Virus record (IMG/VR): IMGVR_UViG_3300042691_038651
Span: 36,843 to 100,842 of that record
DNA: 64,000 nucleotides
Reading direction: 5' to 3' (one strand)
From: a virus
How positions within the stretch are numbered: position 1 is the stretch's first letter; each line of letters opens with the position of its first letter. Below are positions 49,944-58,680 of this stretch, piece after piece. A model generated the notes under the pieces. It worked only from the letters and a program-made list of their open reading frames with translations, was not told where the DNA came from and did no database searches. Position numbers and translations under genes: made by a program.

Positions 49944-50237
49944 ATGGAACAACGCAAGTTTGAATTTAAGCCTGAGTTTAAGGCGGCAATTACTGAAACG
50001 CTTTCAAATCTAAGCTTTTCAAATGTTCATGGAATCATGAATCTATTGAAGCGCGAAGGCAATTACACAGAACAAGAGGCTAACGCAATTGTTGGTTTCC
50101 TTGGTGAAATGGCTTACCGTGACGTAGCTCATCTTTTCGAGGCAATGCCACAGATGGTAAAAGAACTTCCTCTTGAGAACGAAGGTCCTCAGGCTGAAGC
50201 TCCTGTTGCAGAAGAGCCTGCTACAGAAAACGCCTAA
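49944..50237 (+). CDS. Hypothetical protein
   Basis: A-rich leader; acidic tail. Confidence 0.7.
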   Translation: MEQRKFEFKPEFKAAITETLSNLSFSNVHGIMNLLKREGNYTEQEANAIVGFLGEMAYRDVAHLFEAMPQMVKELPLENEGPQAEAPVAEEPATENA

Positions 50238-50240
50238 TCA

Positions 50241-50717
50241 ATGACCCCAAGAATTAAACAGAAAGTCGACACATTTGTCTCCATATTGGAGAACATTGCT
50301 AACCTATCGACATCGACAACTCTCAAGGTAGGAGCCATTGCAGTCCACAAGAAGTTTCAAAAGATAGCTTCCTTTGGTTACAACGGCTCTTACCCTGGAG
50401 CCCCTGTCAATCCTGAGACTGGTAGCGAAGAAGAATCGCTTGAGCCAGGCAAATCTGGCTTTATTCATGCGGAGGTTAATATGATAGCCAAGTTCCGTGA
50501 ACATGATCCAGAAAACTATATCGTACTGCTAACGCACTCGCCTTGTACAGTTTGTACCAAGGTTCTTGTAAATGCTGGGTTTCGCCACATTTACTGGGTA
50601 AATGAGTACAGAGAGATATTACATCTAAATTCTCTGGATAAGTATGGAATTACACACGGAAAGATTGAAGCCCTCTATGAAGACTACCTTAAAAAAGGAA
50701 TGCATCTGCATTGTTAA
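50241..50717 (+). CDS. dCMP deaminase
   Basis: KVGA, GYNG, HAEVN, SPCTVC. Confidence 0.9.
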   Translation: MTPRIKQKVDTFVSILENIANLSTSTTLKVGAIAVHKKFQKIASFGYNGSYPGAPVNPETGSEEESLEPGKSGFIHAEVNMIAKFREHDPENYIVLLTHSPCTVCTKVLVNAGFRHIYWVNEYREILHLNSLDKYGITHGKIEALYEDYLKKGMHLHC

Positions 50718-50772
50718 TAACTTTTGGCAAAAAAGTTTTACAATGTGAAAACTTTTGGTTAATTTTATACTA
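50711..50772 (+). promoter_or_regulatory. Class 1 element, copy 4 (upstream of ECF sigma)
   Basis: TTGTTAATAACTTT ... TTTTGGTTAATTTTATACTA. Confidence 0.8.
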
Positions 50773-50799
50773 TCAAATTAAAAACAAACAATTATTCAC

Positions 50800-51423
50800 A
50801 TGGCTAAAACATCACCGTTACAAGAACTAGGTCTTGCATTTTTTAACAGTCGCTCTGAAGGCGACTTCAACAAGCTGTACTATAGAATGAAGCCCAGCAT
50901 CAACTATTACCTGCGCGACATTTTACCAGCATCCGACGACCGGGAAGAAGCTCTTGCAAATACATTTGCAAAGGTATGGTCAAAAATCCACATGTATGAT
51001 CCGTACTGGAACTTTAGTACATGGATCTACAGAATTGCTCGTAACGAGGCTCTATTAATGCACCGTCACAAACGTCGTAATTACTCATACGAAGGTATGG
51101 AGGAACGCGGCGTTAACATGGAAGCAAAATCACCGGTGGTTATGCCAAGAATCGACTTGGAATCTGTCAATCTTGATGCTGTTGATATGTTGCACGATTT
51201 TGCTGTCGATGAAATCTCGCATCTTCCTGAACTTTATCGTATCGTTATGGAAAAGCGAGAAATTGAAAAGAAGAAGTACGAGGATATATCTACTGAACTT
51301 GGGTGGAAGCAAAATACTGTCCGCACACGTATTCGCAAAGGCCGTGAATTACTTCGAAAAAGCCTAAGCGAGAAGTATCCCGAGCTCGTTAAATCATACA
51401 TTGAACAACAGGAAACTGAATGA
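50800..51423 (+). CDS. ECF (sigma-24-like) RNA polymerase sigma factor
   Basis: F..LY, TF.KVW.KI..YD...FSTWIYRIARN (region 2); LPE.YR, Y.DI...LG...NTVRTRI.KGR (region 4). Confidence 0.92.
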   Translation: MAKTSPLQELGLAFFNSRSEGDFNKLYYRMKPSINYYLRDILPASDDREEALANTFAKVWSKIHMYDPYWNFSTWIYRIARNEALLMHRHKRRNYSYEGMEERGVNMEAKSPVVMPRIDLESVNLDAVDMLHDFAVDEISHLPELYRIVMEKREIEKKKYEDISTELGWKQNTVRTRIRKGRELLRKSLSEKYPELVKSYIEQQETE

Positions 51424-51830
51424 GAAAGCTGTACTACGACATCAAGGCGTTTTTGATACTACGCAAAGAGGTCAAAAAACACAAGGACCAGCCAGACTGG
51501 AAGCGCTATAACTTTCGTCATGATTGGTTGTATCGAATCTATACCGTCATCAATCCAGGTGAAAAGGATCTTGGCGATGACGAGGCGATGCTAAAAATGA
51601 AGACAATGGAAAAGGTAGAAGCCATGAATCGGTATATCTCCACCTTAGGACTTGCTGAGATTGTTTCTCTTTCCCTTGAAAAAATACCAGAAAGCAACTC
51701 ATATCTGGTAGTGTACTATCAAATCTACAATTGGATCACTCCTTGGAGAATACTCAGCAGAAGCATATTTTTGATTGCTGCTATCTGGGCTCTTATTGTA
51801 TATTGGTCCGAAATAATTTCTCTCTTCTGA
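51420..51830 (+). CDS. Protein with C-terminal TM helix
   Basis: Translationally coupled to the sigma gene. Confidence 0.65.
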   Translation: MRKLYYDIKAFLILRKEVKKHKDQPDWKRYNFRHDWLYRIYTVINPGEKDLGDDEAMLKMKTMEKVEAMNRYISTLGLAEIVSLSLEKIPESNSYLVVYYQIYNWITPWRILSRSIFLIAAIWALIVYWSEIISLF

Positions 51831-51856
51831 AAACTTTTTCCAGCACTGGAATATAA
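51829..51856 (+). promoter_or_regulatory. Class 2 promoter
   Basis: GAAAAC-N16-ATATAA. Confidence 0.7.
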
Positions 51857-51878
51857 ACTCTAAATAAAGCACAAAAAA

Positions 51879-52394
51879 ATGGCAAAACAAAAAGAAGCAA
51901 CCCTAAAAGTTGAAAAGACATCTGTCCGCGAAATGTCTGCGGAGGATCGAGCAAAAGAAGTAGCAAAACTTCAAGAAGAAGTGGATGCGCGTAACCGTGA
52001 AATGGAAACAAAACTCTACATTGTAGAAGGTGGTTCTGAAACTGGAGAAAAACTGTTGAAGTTTGTTACAGAAGAAGCACAGTGGAAATTTACCGAAGCT
52101 ATTGGTGTAGTGGAAATGACAAAAGAAATTGAGGATGCTGTTGCTAATGCAAAAGGCGGAAAGCAGTTATTCTTAAGAGTTTTACCGCTTGAAGCTCTAT
52201 GGTTCTTCATTAACAAAGTTGAAGGCGTAGGTCTTGAAAAGGCTAGATACTATGCTGCTAATTTGCTTAAGCCGATTGGCGACGCATTAGCACGCGTAAA
52301 AGCTGACCGCGATGCTATCAATGAATTGATGATGCGTCAAGGTTCTTTGGAAGTAGGCGCAGACTTCGAGGAAGAAGTTAAGTCAGAAAAATAA
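51879..52394 (+). CDS. Hypothetical helical protein
   Basis: 171 aa ORF with A-rich leader. Confidence 0.7.
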   Translation: MAKQKEATLKVEKTSVREMSAEDRAKEVAKLQEEVDARNREMETKLYIVEGGSETGEKLLKFVTEEAQWKFTEAIGVVEMTKEIEDAVANAKGGKQLFLRVLPLEALWFFINKVEGVGLEKARYYAANLLKPIGDALARVKADRDAINELMMRQGSLEVGADFEEEVKSEK

Positions 52395-52404
52395 ACTCAT
52401 AATT

Positions 52405-52695
52405 ATGAACAAGTTCACACAATTCTTGGACAATCACTACCGCAAAATCTTTTTAGGTTTGCTGATTGTCATCTTTGTCAATACTTGTGGCAATCCCAAT
52501 AAGACTACTAATCGTAGGCTTGACAAAGTGGCGGCTGAATTGGATTCTTTGGAATCTGTAGTAGCAACCAAGAAAGATTTGCAGATTGAAGGATTGAAAG
52601 CTGAAAAGCGAATGATCCAGTCTACTGACCGCAAAATGATGGATGTACAGCGTCAGTCTGCTATTGATGAAGAAATCAAGTCGCTCGAAAAGTAG
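52405..52695 (+). CDS. Membrane-anchored coiled-coil protein (possible lipoprotein/spanin)
   Basis: Hydrophobic segment ending VNTCG, then coiled coil. Confidence 0.5.
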   Translation: MNKFTQFLDNHYRKIFLGLLIVIFVNTCGNPNKTTNRRLDKVAAELDSLESVVATKKDLQIEGLKAEKRMIQSTDRKMMDVQRQSAIDEEIKSLEK

Positions 52696-52718
52696 CCATC
52701 TCAAAAATCTCGCGACTT

Positions 52719-52747
52719 AGGAGAGGCTTTAAGCCTCTCCTTTTTTT
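52719..52747 (+). terminator. Intrinsic terminator
   Basis: AGGAGAGGCT-TTA-AGCCTCTCCT plus T run. Confidence 0.9.
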
Positions 52748-52768
52748 GTGTAAGCATTCCAGATCACG

Positions 52769-52777
52769 GATATATAG
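52769..52777 (+). promoter_or_regulatory. Class 3 (late) promoter
   Basis: GATATATAG. Confidence 0.7.
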
Positions 52778-52797
52778 TTAGAACCTAAAAGTATACT

Positions 52798-53634
52798 ATG
52801 CAAAAGAACAAACTCACCAACGGATTTATCATAGGAACATTCGTGTCTCTCTATGTTGTAGTGAGCCTTATCTCTACAATCCACGTTATCGACTTTTTTA
52901 AGCTCAGTAACCCTGATTGGCTGGCAATATCGCTAGCAATCGCATTTGAAATCGGAGCAGCAGCATCTCTTGCTGCCCTTATCGCTCTAAAGAAAATGAG
53001 CAAATGGATGGTATGGGGTGTATTCATTCTACTAGCAGCAATGCAAATGATGGGTAACACATACTATGCGTTTACACATCTACACGACTTTCAAGGATGG
53101 TCAGAATTATTTGGGCTAAACGAGGAAGAACTTATCTTTCAAAAGAGAGTTCTGTCCATTATTAGTGGTGCAATACTTCCTCTAATCGCGCTAGGATTTA
53201 TCAAATCACTGGTAGACTATATTCGTCCAGCTGAATTGAAAGATGATAACATAATCAAACTTTCTGAAAAGGACGCTGAGGTTTTTGCTGAAGCCATCGC
53301 AAATCCAGCGGAACCCAGTGAAGAGCTGAAAGCCGCTGCAAAAAAAACTTGGAAGAGAGTAGCCGAACTCAAAAAAGAGGGTAAGCTTCCAGAACCAACG
53401 GCCGAGGATATAGCAAATGAACCTACTGCTCTAGCATTTACACCTTACACAGAAGATGAGAATGACACAGATTTAGAAATTGCTTCTCTAATTGATTTGC
53501 AAAAAGCACTCGAGGAAGAGGAGGCAATTGAGCCGGCACAGGAAGCTCCAAAGGAAAAGAAGCCAAGAAAACCGAGAAAGCCAAAAAGTATCGATGATGG
53601 TCTAAACCCACAGATACTTCCCGGCGTAAACTAA
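52798..53634 (+). CDS. Four-TM membrane protein with DUF1778/TacA-like segment in its soluble tail
   Basis: Four hydrophobic helices, then IIKLSEKDAEVFAEAIANPAEPSEELKAAAKK. Confidence 0.65.
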   Translation: MQKNKLTNGFIIGTFVSLYVVVSLISTIHVIDFFKLSNPDWLAISLAIAFEIGAAASLAALIALKKMSKWMVWGVFILLAAMQMMGNTYYAFTHLHDFQGWSELFGLNEEELIFQKRVLSIISGAILPLIALGFIKSLVDYIRPAELKDDNIIKLSEKDAEVFAEAIANPAEPSEELKAAAKKTWKRVAELKKEGKLPEPTAEDIANEPTALAFTPYTEDENDTDLEIASLIDLQKALEEEEAIEPAQEAPKEKKPRKPRKPKSIDDGLNPQILPGVN

Positions 53635-53646
53635 CCATAGACCGAA

Positions 53647-54828
53647 ATGTCAGTAAAACCCAGACTAGTATGTCCGCCAGACTATAGCATTTTAGCCCTT
53701 CGCTTTACCGAGTGTAAGAAGATTGGTGTTGTGAAAGGAGTAACAACGCTTCTCTCATATGACCTAAGTAATTTCTTTATACCTCTTACCAATTTCATTG
53801 AGAAGAGATTTACTATCAAAGCAGGTGCAACAAAAAAGCTGGACATCGGTGATATCGCAGTCTACTGGCCATTACAGGAGAAGTACAATTTTGTTGCTGA
53901 CATAGCGGCAAACCCAAACAGAGTTGCCAACTTAACTGCTCATACATTTACAATTTATGAAGATGAAGAGCACACGAATGCACTGGCTACCATGACCTTT
54001 ACGGTAGACTCCTCTGTTCCGTCATTGGCAACCTTTGCTCTCGCATTTCAAACTACATATAACAATACGCAAAGCATGGGTATTGTTACACAGGAACAAG
54101 GACCTTCATTGTCGCAATTCGCAATTACAGCAGTAGCAAAAGGCGTAAAGTACTACTACAAGATGTCTTATGATATTGCAAATCCGGCAGGTCCTTATGT
54201 AACACCCGGTACGCTAACACAAAAATCAGAGAAATATCCCGAAGGCCGAGTACGCGCAATCTTCTTGATTGCCGACTACCAAAGAGCAGACGTATCCACT
54301 TGTACTTGTGGATGTCTTGATGCATCGGGTGAATTGCTCTCAAATGTAAAAAACTTTAGATGGGCATGGGATTCTGAATATACTCGCAAGCAGAAATCTT
54401 CATATGCAACAAAGGTCTATGTAAATGCAAGTGCTGCATCGGTTTCTCAACAGGTTGGAACTACACAAATCTTTCAATGGACTGATCCCGCAAATACAAA
54501 TATCTGGGTTTCGCGAGTTCCTTACAATCTAGAGGTTGGTGATCTTATCACTCTTGATGAAACACCAAACAACCCATATGCATATGTAACAAACATCGAT
54601 GGTTACAATATCACCATTGACAGACAGGGTATGGGTGTTGTTGCTGGTAACTCATACATTGTCAAAAAATATGCGCCATCCTCAATTGAATGGAAAATTG
54701 GTGGAGAGATGCTGTTCATCAGCGGAGGCCAAGATGTATATGACGTTGACCGCCTTTACACCGAAACGATCTGGATAAATAATACACAAAATTACGACAT
54801 ACCGTTTACGGCAATCATCGTAAGTTAA
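53647..54828 (+). CDS. Putative virion structural protein
   Basis: Beta-rich, T/S/Y-rich; late operon. Confidence 0.5.
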   Translation: MSVKPRLVCPPDYSILALRFTECKKIGVVKGVTTLLSYDLSNFFIPLTNFIEKRFTIKAGATKKLDIGDIAVYWPLQEKYNFVADIAANPNRVANLTAHTFTIYEDEEHTNALATMTFTVDSSVPSLATFALAFQTTYNNTQSMGIVTQEQGPSLSQFAITAVAKGVKYYYKMSYDIANPAGPYVTPGTLTQKSEKYPEGRVRAIFLIADYQRADVSTCTCGCLDASGELLSNVKNFRWAWDSEYTRKQKSSYATKVYVNASAASVSQQVGTTQIFQWTDPANTNIWVSRVPYNLEVGDLITLDETPNNPYAYVTNIDGYNITIDRQGMGVVAGNSYIVKKYAPSSIEWKIGGEMLFISGGQDVYDVDRLYTETIWINNTQNYDIPFTAIIVS

Positions 54829-54844
54829 AAACAATAGAAAAGAA

Positions 54845-55345
54845 ATGGTAATTGGAAAAAAGTTCTGGGAGATTTACGGAGCAGCTAACTACAATCCAGC
54901 GCAAAACGCGAGTGTTCAATTTGGAGGAGTCGCTAACGGAACCAGCATCACTAATGTTGATTCATCAGTAGTGACTGCAATCGCAGCTCTATTAGCAACG
55001 CCGGCAACCGTCGGAATAACAGGAAACTATATTGCAAGTGGAACTCTCATAACTGCTGCCGTAGGTACTACTCTAACGCTGTCGCAGGCAGCAAACGCAA
55101 ACTTGGCAATTACAAACCTGGCATACTGGGATGCGCGTAGACCATCTGCTGCTGGCGGAGATTCACCAATCCAAGCGCTTTTGTGTCTGGACAGCTCACA
55201 CGGGGCTCTCGCTTTCACAGATGCTGCCGGTAAAACCACTACAATACCTGCATCTACTCTAGCAAAAGGTGCAGTCTATTACTTCCAGATTGGAAACGTA
55301 ACCACTGTAACTGCGGGAGATTTTATTGGTTATTCAGCCAACTAA
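54845..55345 (+). CDS. Putative virion decoration protein
   Basis: Ala/Thr-rich; GATAAATAA at 54774. Confidence 0.5.
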   Translation: MVIGKKFWEIYGAANYNPAQNASVQFGGVANGTSITNVDSSVVTAIAALLATPATVGITGNYIASGTLITAAVGTTLTLSQAANANLAITNLAYWDARRPSAAGGDSPIQALLCLDSSHGALAFTDAAGKTTTIPASTLAKGAVYYFQIGNVTTVTAGDFIGYSAN

Positions 55346-55364
55346 AAAAAGCACAAACCTGGCC

Positions 55365-55784
55365 ATGAAAGATCACAAAAAGGCCATCAATAGAGTGCTT
55401 TCATCTATCGACTGGCGAAAGATCAAGTCATACCACGCCAAACTTGGCATAAAGTGGGAGTACGAAATTGATAAGGAAATCGTATACAGGGTTCCCAATA
55501 TCCCTGAACTCAAAAATGAGTTGTCTACTATACTCGAACACATGGTAGAATCCAAGCTCGATTACATATCGCATGGAAGTTGGGTAATCTTTTGGGAAGC
55601 TGATTCTGGAGATATCAGGGTCATCTTTCGCTTGGCTGACTTCTCATTTGAAGATCATTCAGGAAGTAGGGAATCTCTTGAGGAGGCTTTGAAAAAGGCC
55701 GTGGAAAGAGAGGACTATGAGTACGCTGCGGTAATTCGCGACGAGATAAATAATAAGAACAATGCCAATAGCAATATCAAATAG
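55365..55784 (+). CDS. Protein with C-terminal UVR (UvrB/C) motif
   Basis: LEEALKKAVEREDYEYAAVIRDEI. Confidence 0.75.
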   Translation: MKDHKKAINRVLSSIDWRKIKSYHAKLGIKWEYEIDKEIVYRVPNIPELKNELSTILEHMVESKLDYISHGSWVIFWEADSGDIRVIFRLADFSFEDHSGSRESLEEALKKAVEREDYEYAAVIRDEINNKNNANSNIK

Positions 55785-56223
55785 GAGCATCAGCAATGGT
55801 AACGGATCCCTCATGGTTCCGTTGGTTGCAAATAACCCAGCCTTTAAGGTTGAGATACTTCCTGTTGATGGAAGGCTGGAACAGAAGCCATTTGCTAAAG
55901 ACGGCTCAAATGAGGTCAATGCTATTAAAGTTGGTAACCAGGTTCGTGGTCACATTGTAAATGGCGGCGATGAAGTCAAAGGTAGAGTTCTACAAATCAA
56001 TCGTCAAAACGGCCAAGTTGTTTCCTACAAAGTTCTAACAACCGGTGGAGAAGAGGTTCTCCTTGATCCATCAACCACTGACAAATTCATCGGACATGGT
56101 GAAGAGGTGGATGTGATCGGCGGAATCGATGTAAATGATCTTCCGACTAATGGAGTTCCTAATGAGTCTCACCGAGTGATGAGCTACTCGTCTTGGCTGA
56201 ATGAAGCCAGAAAGTCTCTTTAA
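55762..56223 (+). CDS. Late protein with SH3-like barrel and C-terminal targeting-like motif
   Basis: IKVGNQVRG...KGRVLQI; HRVMSYSSWLNE; GATAAATAA at 55745. Confidence 0.55.
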   Translation: MPIAISNRSISNGNGSLMVPLVANNPAFKVEILPVDGRLEQKPFAKDGSNEVNAIKVGNQVRGHIVNGGDEVKGRVLQINRQNGQVVSYKVLTTGGEEVLLDPSTTDKFIGHGEEVDVIGGIDVNDLPTNGVPNESHRVMSYSSWLNEARKSL

Positions 56224-56306
56224 TTTTTTGAGTGGGTGCTGTCTAGATAGTCTAACCCCTACCTCAACTGATACTCTTTTTATACACGCCTAGAAAAAAG
56301 TTTTCA

Positions 56307-56368
56307 TTGTTAACAACTTTTTGCCGAAAGATTTTTTTCTTTCGGCTTTTTTGTTTATTTTTATACTA
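56307..56368 (+). promoter_or_regulatory. Class 1 element, copy 5
   Basis: TTGTTAACAACTTT, GCCGAAAGA-T6-TCTTTCGGC, TTTTATACTA. Confidence 0.8.
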
Positions 56369-56387
56369 ACAAATTTAATCGTATCGT

Positions 56388-56645
56388 ATGCGTACACATT
56401 CTACAAACACCTACTTTGAAACGCAGGGCGAAGCCATCCGCTACATTGAGGAGGCTATTGCTGCTCGAAAATATGAGATGGCTCCGTCGGACAACTTGCG
56501 ATTTGAACACGTTTCATATGAGACTACTGTTCACTATAACATTCCACTTCAAAGGACGGATGGCAAAAACACCAAACGCTGGTTACACATTCAAATGTAC
56601 CGTATGCATTCTGGAAGATACGAAGCAAACTACTACTTATCATAA
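56388..56645 (+). CDS. Hypothetical early protein
   Basis: LHIQMYRM.SGRYE.NYY motif. Confidence 0.7.
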   Translation: MRTHSTNTYFETQGEAIRYIEEAIAARKYEMAPSDNLRFEHVSYETTVHYNIPLQRTDGKNTKRWLHIQMYRMHSGRYEANYYLS

Positions 56646-57085
56646 TGGAAAAGGCTGTCAACATACAATACCGCAAAGCTCGCTACGACTATCACTTCAT
56701 CGAGGAATACATTGCCGGAGCACAGTTAACTGGCAGTGAAGTCAAAAGCATCCGTGACAGCAGAGTTTCTTTAGTAGACAACTTCTGCTATTTTGAAAAA
56801 GGCGAACTCTGGGCCAAGGGAATCAATATCACACCAATTGACCAAAACTATGTTCACGAGCCTCTTCGCCCGCGAAAACTCCTATTACATCGCAAAGAGC
56901 TCAAACGACTGGAAAAGGAACTGGTACAAGGCATTACCATTGTGGTAATAGCAGTCTTTACCACAGCCAAGGGCCGCATCAAATTCAAGATTGCGCTGTG
57001 CCGCGGTAAGAAAGACTACGACAAGCGGGAAACTATTAAGAAGAGAGAGGCCGACCGGGAAATGAAAAATGTTAATAACTTTTAG
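56645..57085 (+). CDS. smpB: SsrA-binding protein
   Basis: RKARYDY, AG..L.GSEVKSIR, HEP.R.RKLLLH, GKK.YDKRE. Confidence 0.95.
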   Translation: MEKAVNIQYRKARYDYHFIEEYIAGAQLTGSEVKSIRDSRVSLVDNFCYFEKGELWAKGINITPIDQNYVHEPLRPRKLLLHRKELKRLEKELVQGITIVVIAVFTTAKGRIKFKIALCRGKKDYDKRETIKKREADREMKNVNNF

Positions 57086-57130
57086 CCAAAACATTTTTTT
57101 CTTTGAAAACTATTGGTTAATTTTATACTA
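57069..57130 (+). promoter_or_regulatory. Class 1 element, copy 6
   Basis: ATGTTAATAACTTT ... TTGGTTAATTTTATACTA. Confidence 0.8.
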
Positions 57131-57147
57131 TAATTAAATAATCAAAT

Positions 57148-57378
57148 ATGGCAATATCAACTGCAACATTTCAAACCAATCAAGTAACTCTTCACCTTGC
57201 AAAAACCAAACCATACGCATCTCGATGCTTCGCTGAAGACATGGTCAAATTTGGAGATACTGTACCTTCAATCGAGGTAGAAAAATGGTTCAAGCGTTAC
57301 TTTCCTTCGAACGTCAACCAATACGAGTTTCGCAATTTGGAAGCCAATGTTACTCAAACCGTACACTTCAAAAACTAA
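57148..57378 (+). CDS. Hypothetical early protein
   Basis: Follows a class 1 element. Confidence 0.6.
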   Translation: MAISTATFQTNQVTLHLAKTKPYASRCFAEDMVKFGDTVPSIEVEKWFKRYFPSNVNQYEFRNLEANVTQTVHFKN

Positions 57379-57382
57379 TCAT

Positions 57383-57667
57383 ATGACAGATTTCTCAATT
57401 TATCAAGAAGCTGCTGAAACCGCACTCAACAAATTTTATGGCAACCCTCACAGGCAAATGCCAATGAATAACGACATCCCTCACATCACCAACATTGCTC
57501 GTAGCATAATGTTACACCGAGACGAAATCATACCCGGTGGATCATTTGTAACTGCCGTTGTTGAAAACGACTTGGAAGGTGCCGTCAACCGAGCAGACTC
57601 AGTCTGCATAGAGAACATTCCGTTCTTTGTATATTGCAAACAATTCATTCATCCTAAACATTCTTAA
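57383..57667 (+). CDS. Hypothetical protein
   Basis: PGGSFV.AV.ENDL..AV.RAD motif. Confidence 0.65.
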   Translation: MTDFSIYQEAAETALNKFYGNPHRQMPMNNDIPHITNIARSIMLHRDEIIPGGSFVTAVVENDLEGAVNRADSVCIENIPFFVYCKQFIHPKHS

Positions 57668-57669
57668 TC

Positions 57670-58248
57670 ATGGGAGTAGACATATCCGGAAAAAAACCTG
57701 TCGTTCGGGGAGTAAAGCCAACTATTGATTGGGACTTTGCAACAGAACAAGAAAAAGACGCATACTGGGAAGCCAAAGGAAACTGGCAAGCAGAAAACCC
57801 AGGTGATTACTACCAGGACAGCTGGTGGGGATGGCGTCCGATGGCTGCACTGATTGCACAAGTCAATGCAGAGAAATCCCTTGGCATCAATATGGAATAC
57901 TTTGGTTCCAATGACGGTGCAGGTCCTGATGACCAGGAAACTTGCGATGCATTGGCCGATGCGCTGTCAGAAAAGCTCACCGAGCTTATCCTAAACAACC
58001 CTGACCTTAGCGAGGACGATGACCGAATCTACCTGGTAATGGGATCTTGGGTAAACATGGATTCCCAGTTCATTCATTCAGAGATCGCTGACAAAATCAC
58101 CGAAGGCTTTGAATATGGACAAATGTTAACCAAGGGCGTAGTCCTGGATGACGGAACCATTGCGTATCCTAGCCACTCAACAAGCCTGGGTCGTATCAAA
58201 AGGTTCATTAGTTTCTTACGTGAATGCGGTGGATTTGAAATTTGGTAA
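57670..58248 (+). CDS. Hypothetical protein
   Basis: MG.D, WWGWRP, FL..CGGFEIW. Confidence 0.7.
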   Translation: MGVDISGKKPVVRGVKPTIDWDFATEQEKDAYWEAKGNWQAENPGDYYQDSWWGWRPMAALIAQVNAEKSLGINMEYFGSNDGAGPDDQETCDALADALSEKLTELILNNPDLSEDDDRIYLVMGSWVNMDSQFIHSEIADKITEGFEYGQMLTKGVVLDDGTIAYPSHSTSLGRIKRFISFLRECGGFEIW

Positions 58249-58259
58249 AACACACAATT

Positions 58260-58601
58260 ATGGAAAATAGCTTTACACAACTCTGCGTTTGGCCTGGATG
58301 TTTCCTGGGCGATTCTACTCCAAAAGATTTGGAGGACTTTTTTCTTGGCGAAATGAACACTCGCGTTAAGTATCACACCGAGGTACAGACACTACCTGAC
58401 CTCGACGAAAGTGGAACCCCAGTACCCGATACCGGCGGAAGAAACGATTTGTTCTTCTATGTGCACTCTGATGATATTGCAAACTTTGCAGTTCCTCGAC
58501 TGAAAATGGGAATCCGTTGGTGGGAAGACGTAGTAGGCTATAACGACAACAGACATCTTTACACAGAGGAGTTTCTTACCGCCAATCCATTAACTTGGTA
58601 A
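58260..58601 (+). CDS. Hypothetical protein
   Basis: GGRNDLFF, FAVPRL..GIRWWED. Confidence 0.7.
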   Translation: MENSFTQLCVWPGCFLGDSTPKDLEDFFLGEMNTRVKYHTEVQTLPDLDESGTPVPDTGGRNDLFFYVHSDDIANFAVPRLKMGIRWWEDVVGYNDNRHLYTEEFLTANPLTW

Positions 58602-58603
58602 AA

Positions 58604-58665
58604 TTGTTAATAACTTTTGGCAAAAACATTTTTTTCTTTGGAATCTTTTGGTTAATTTTATACTA
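58604..58665 (+). promoter_or_regulatory. Class 1 element, copy 7
   Basis: TTGTTAATAACTTT ... TTTTGGTTAATTTTATACTA. Confidence 0.8.
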
Positions 58666-58680
58666 TCAAAATAATTAAAT

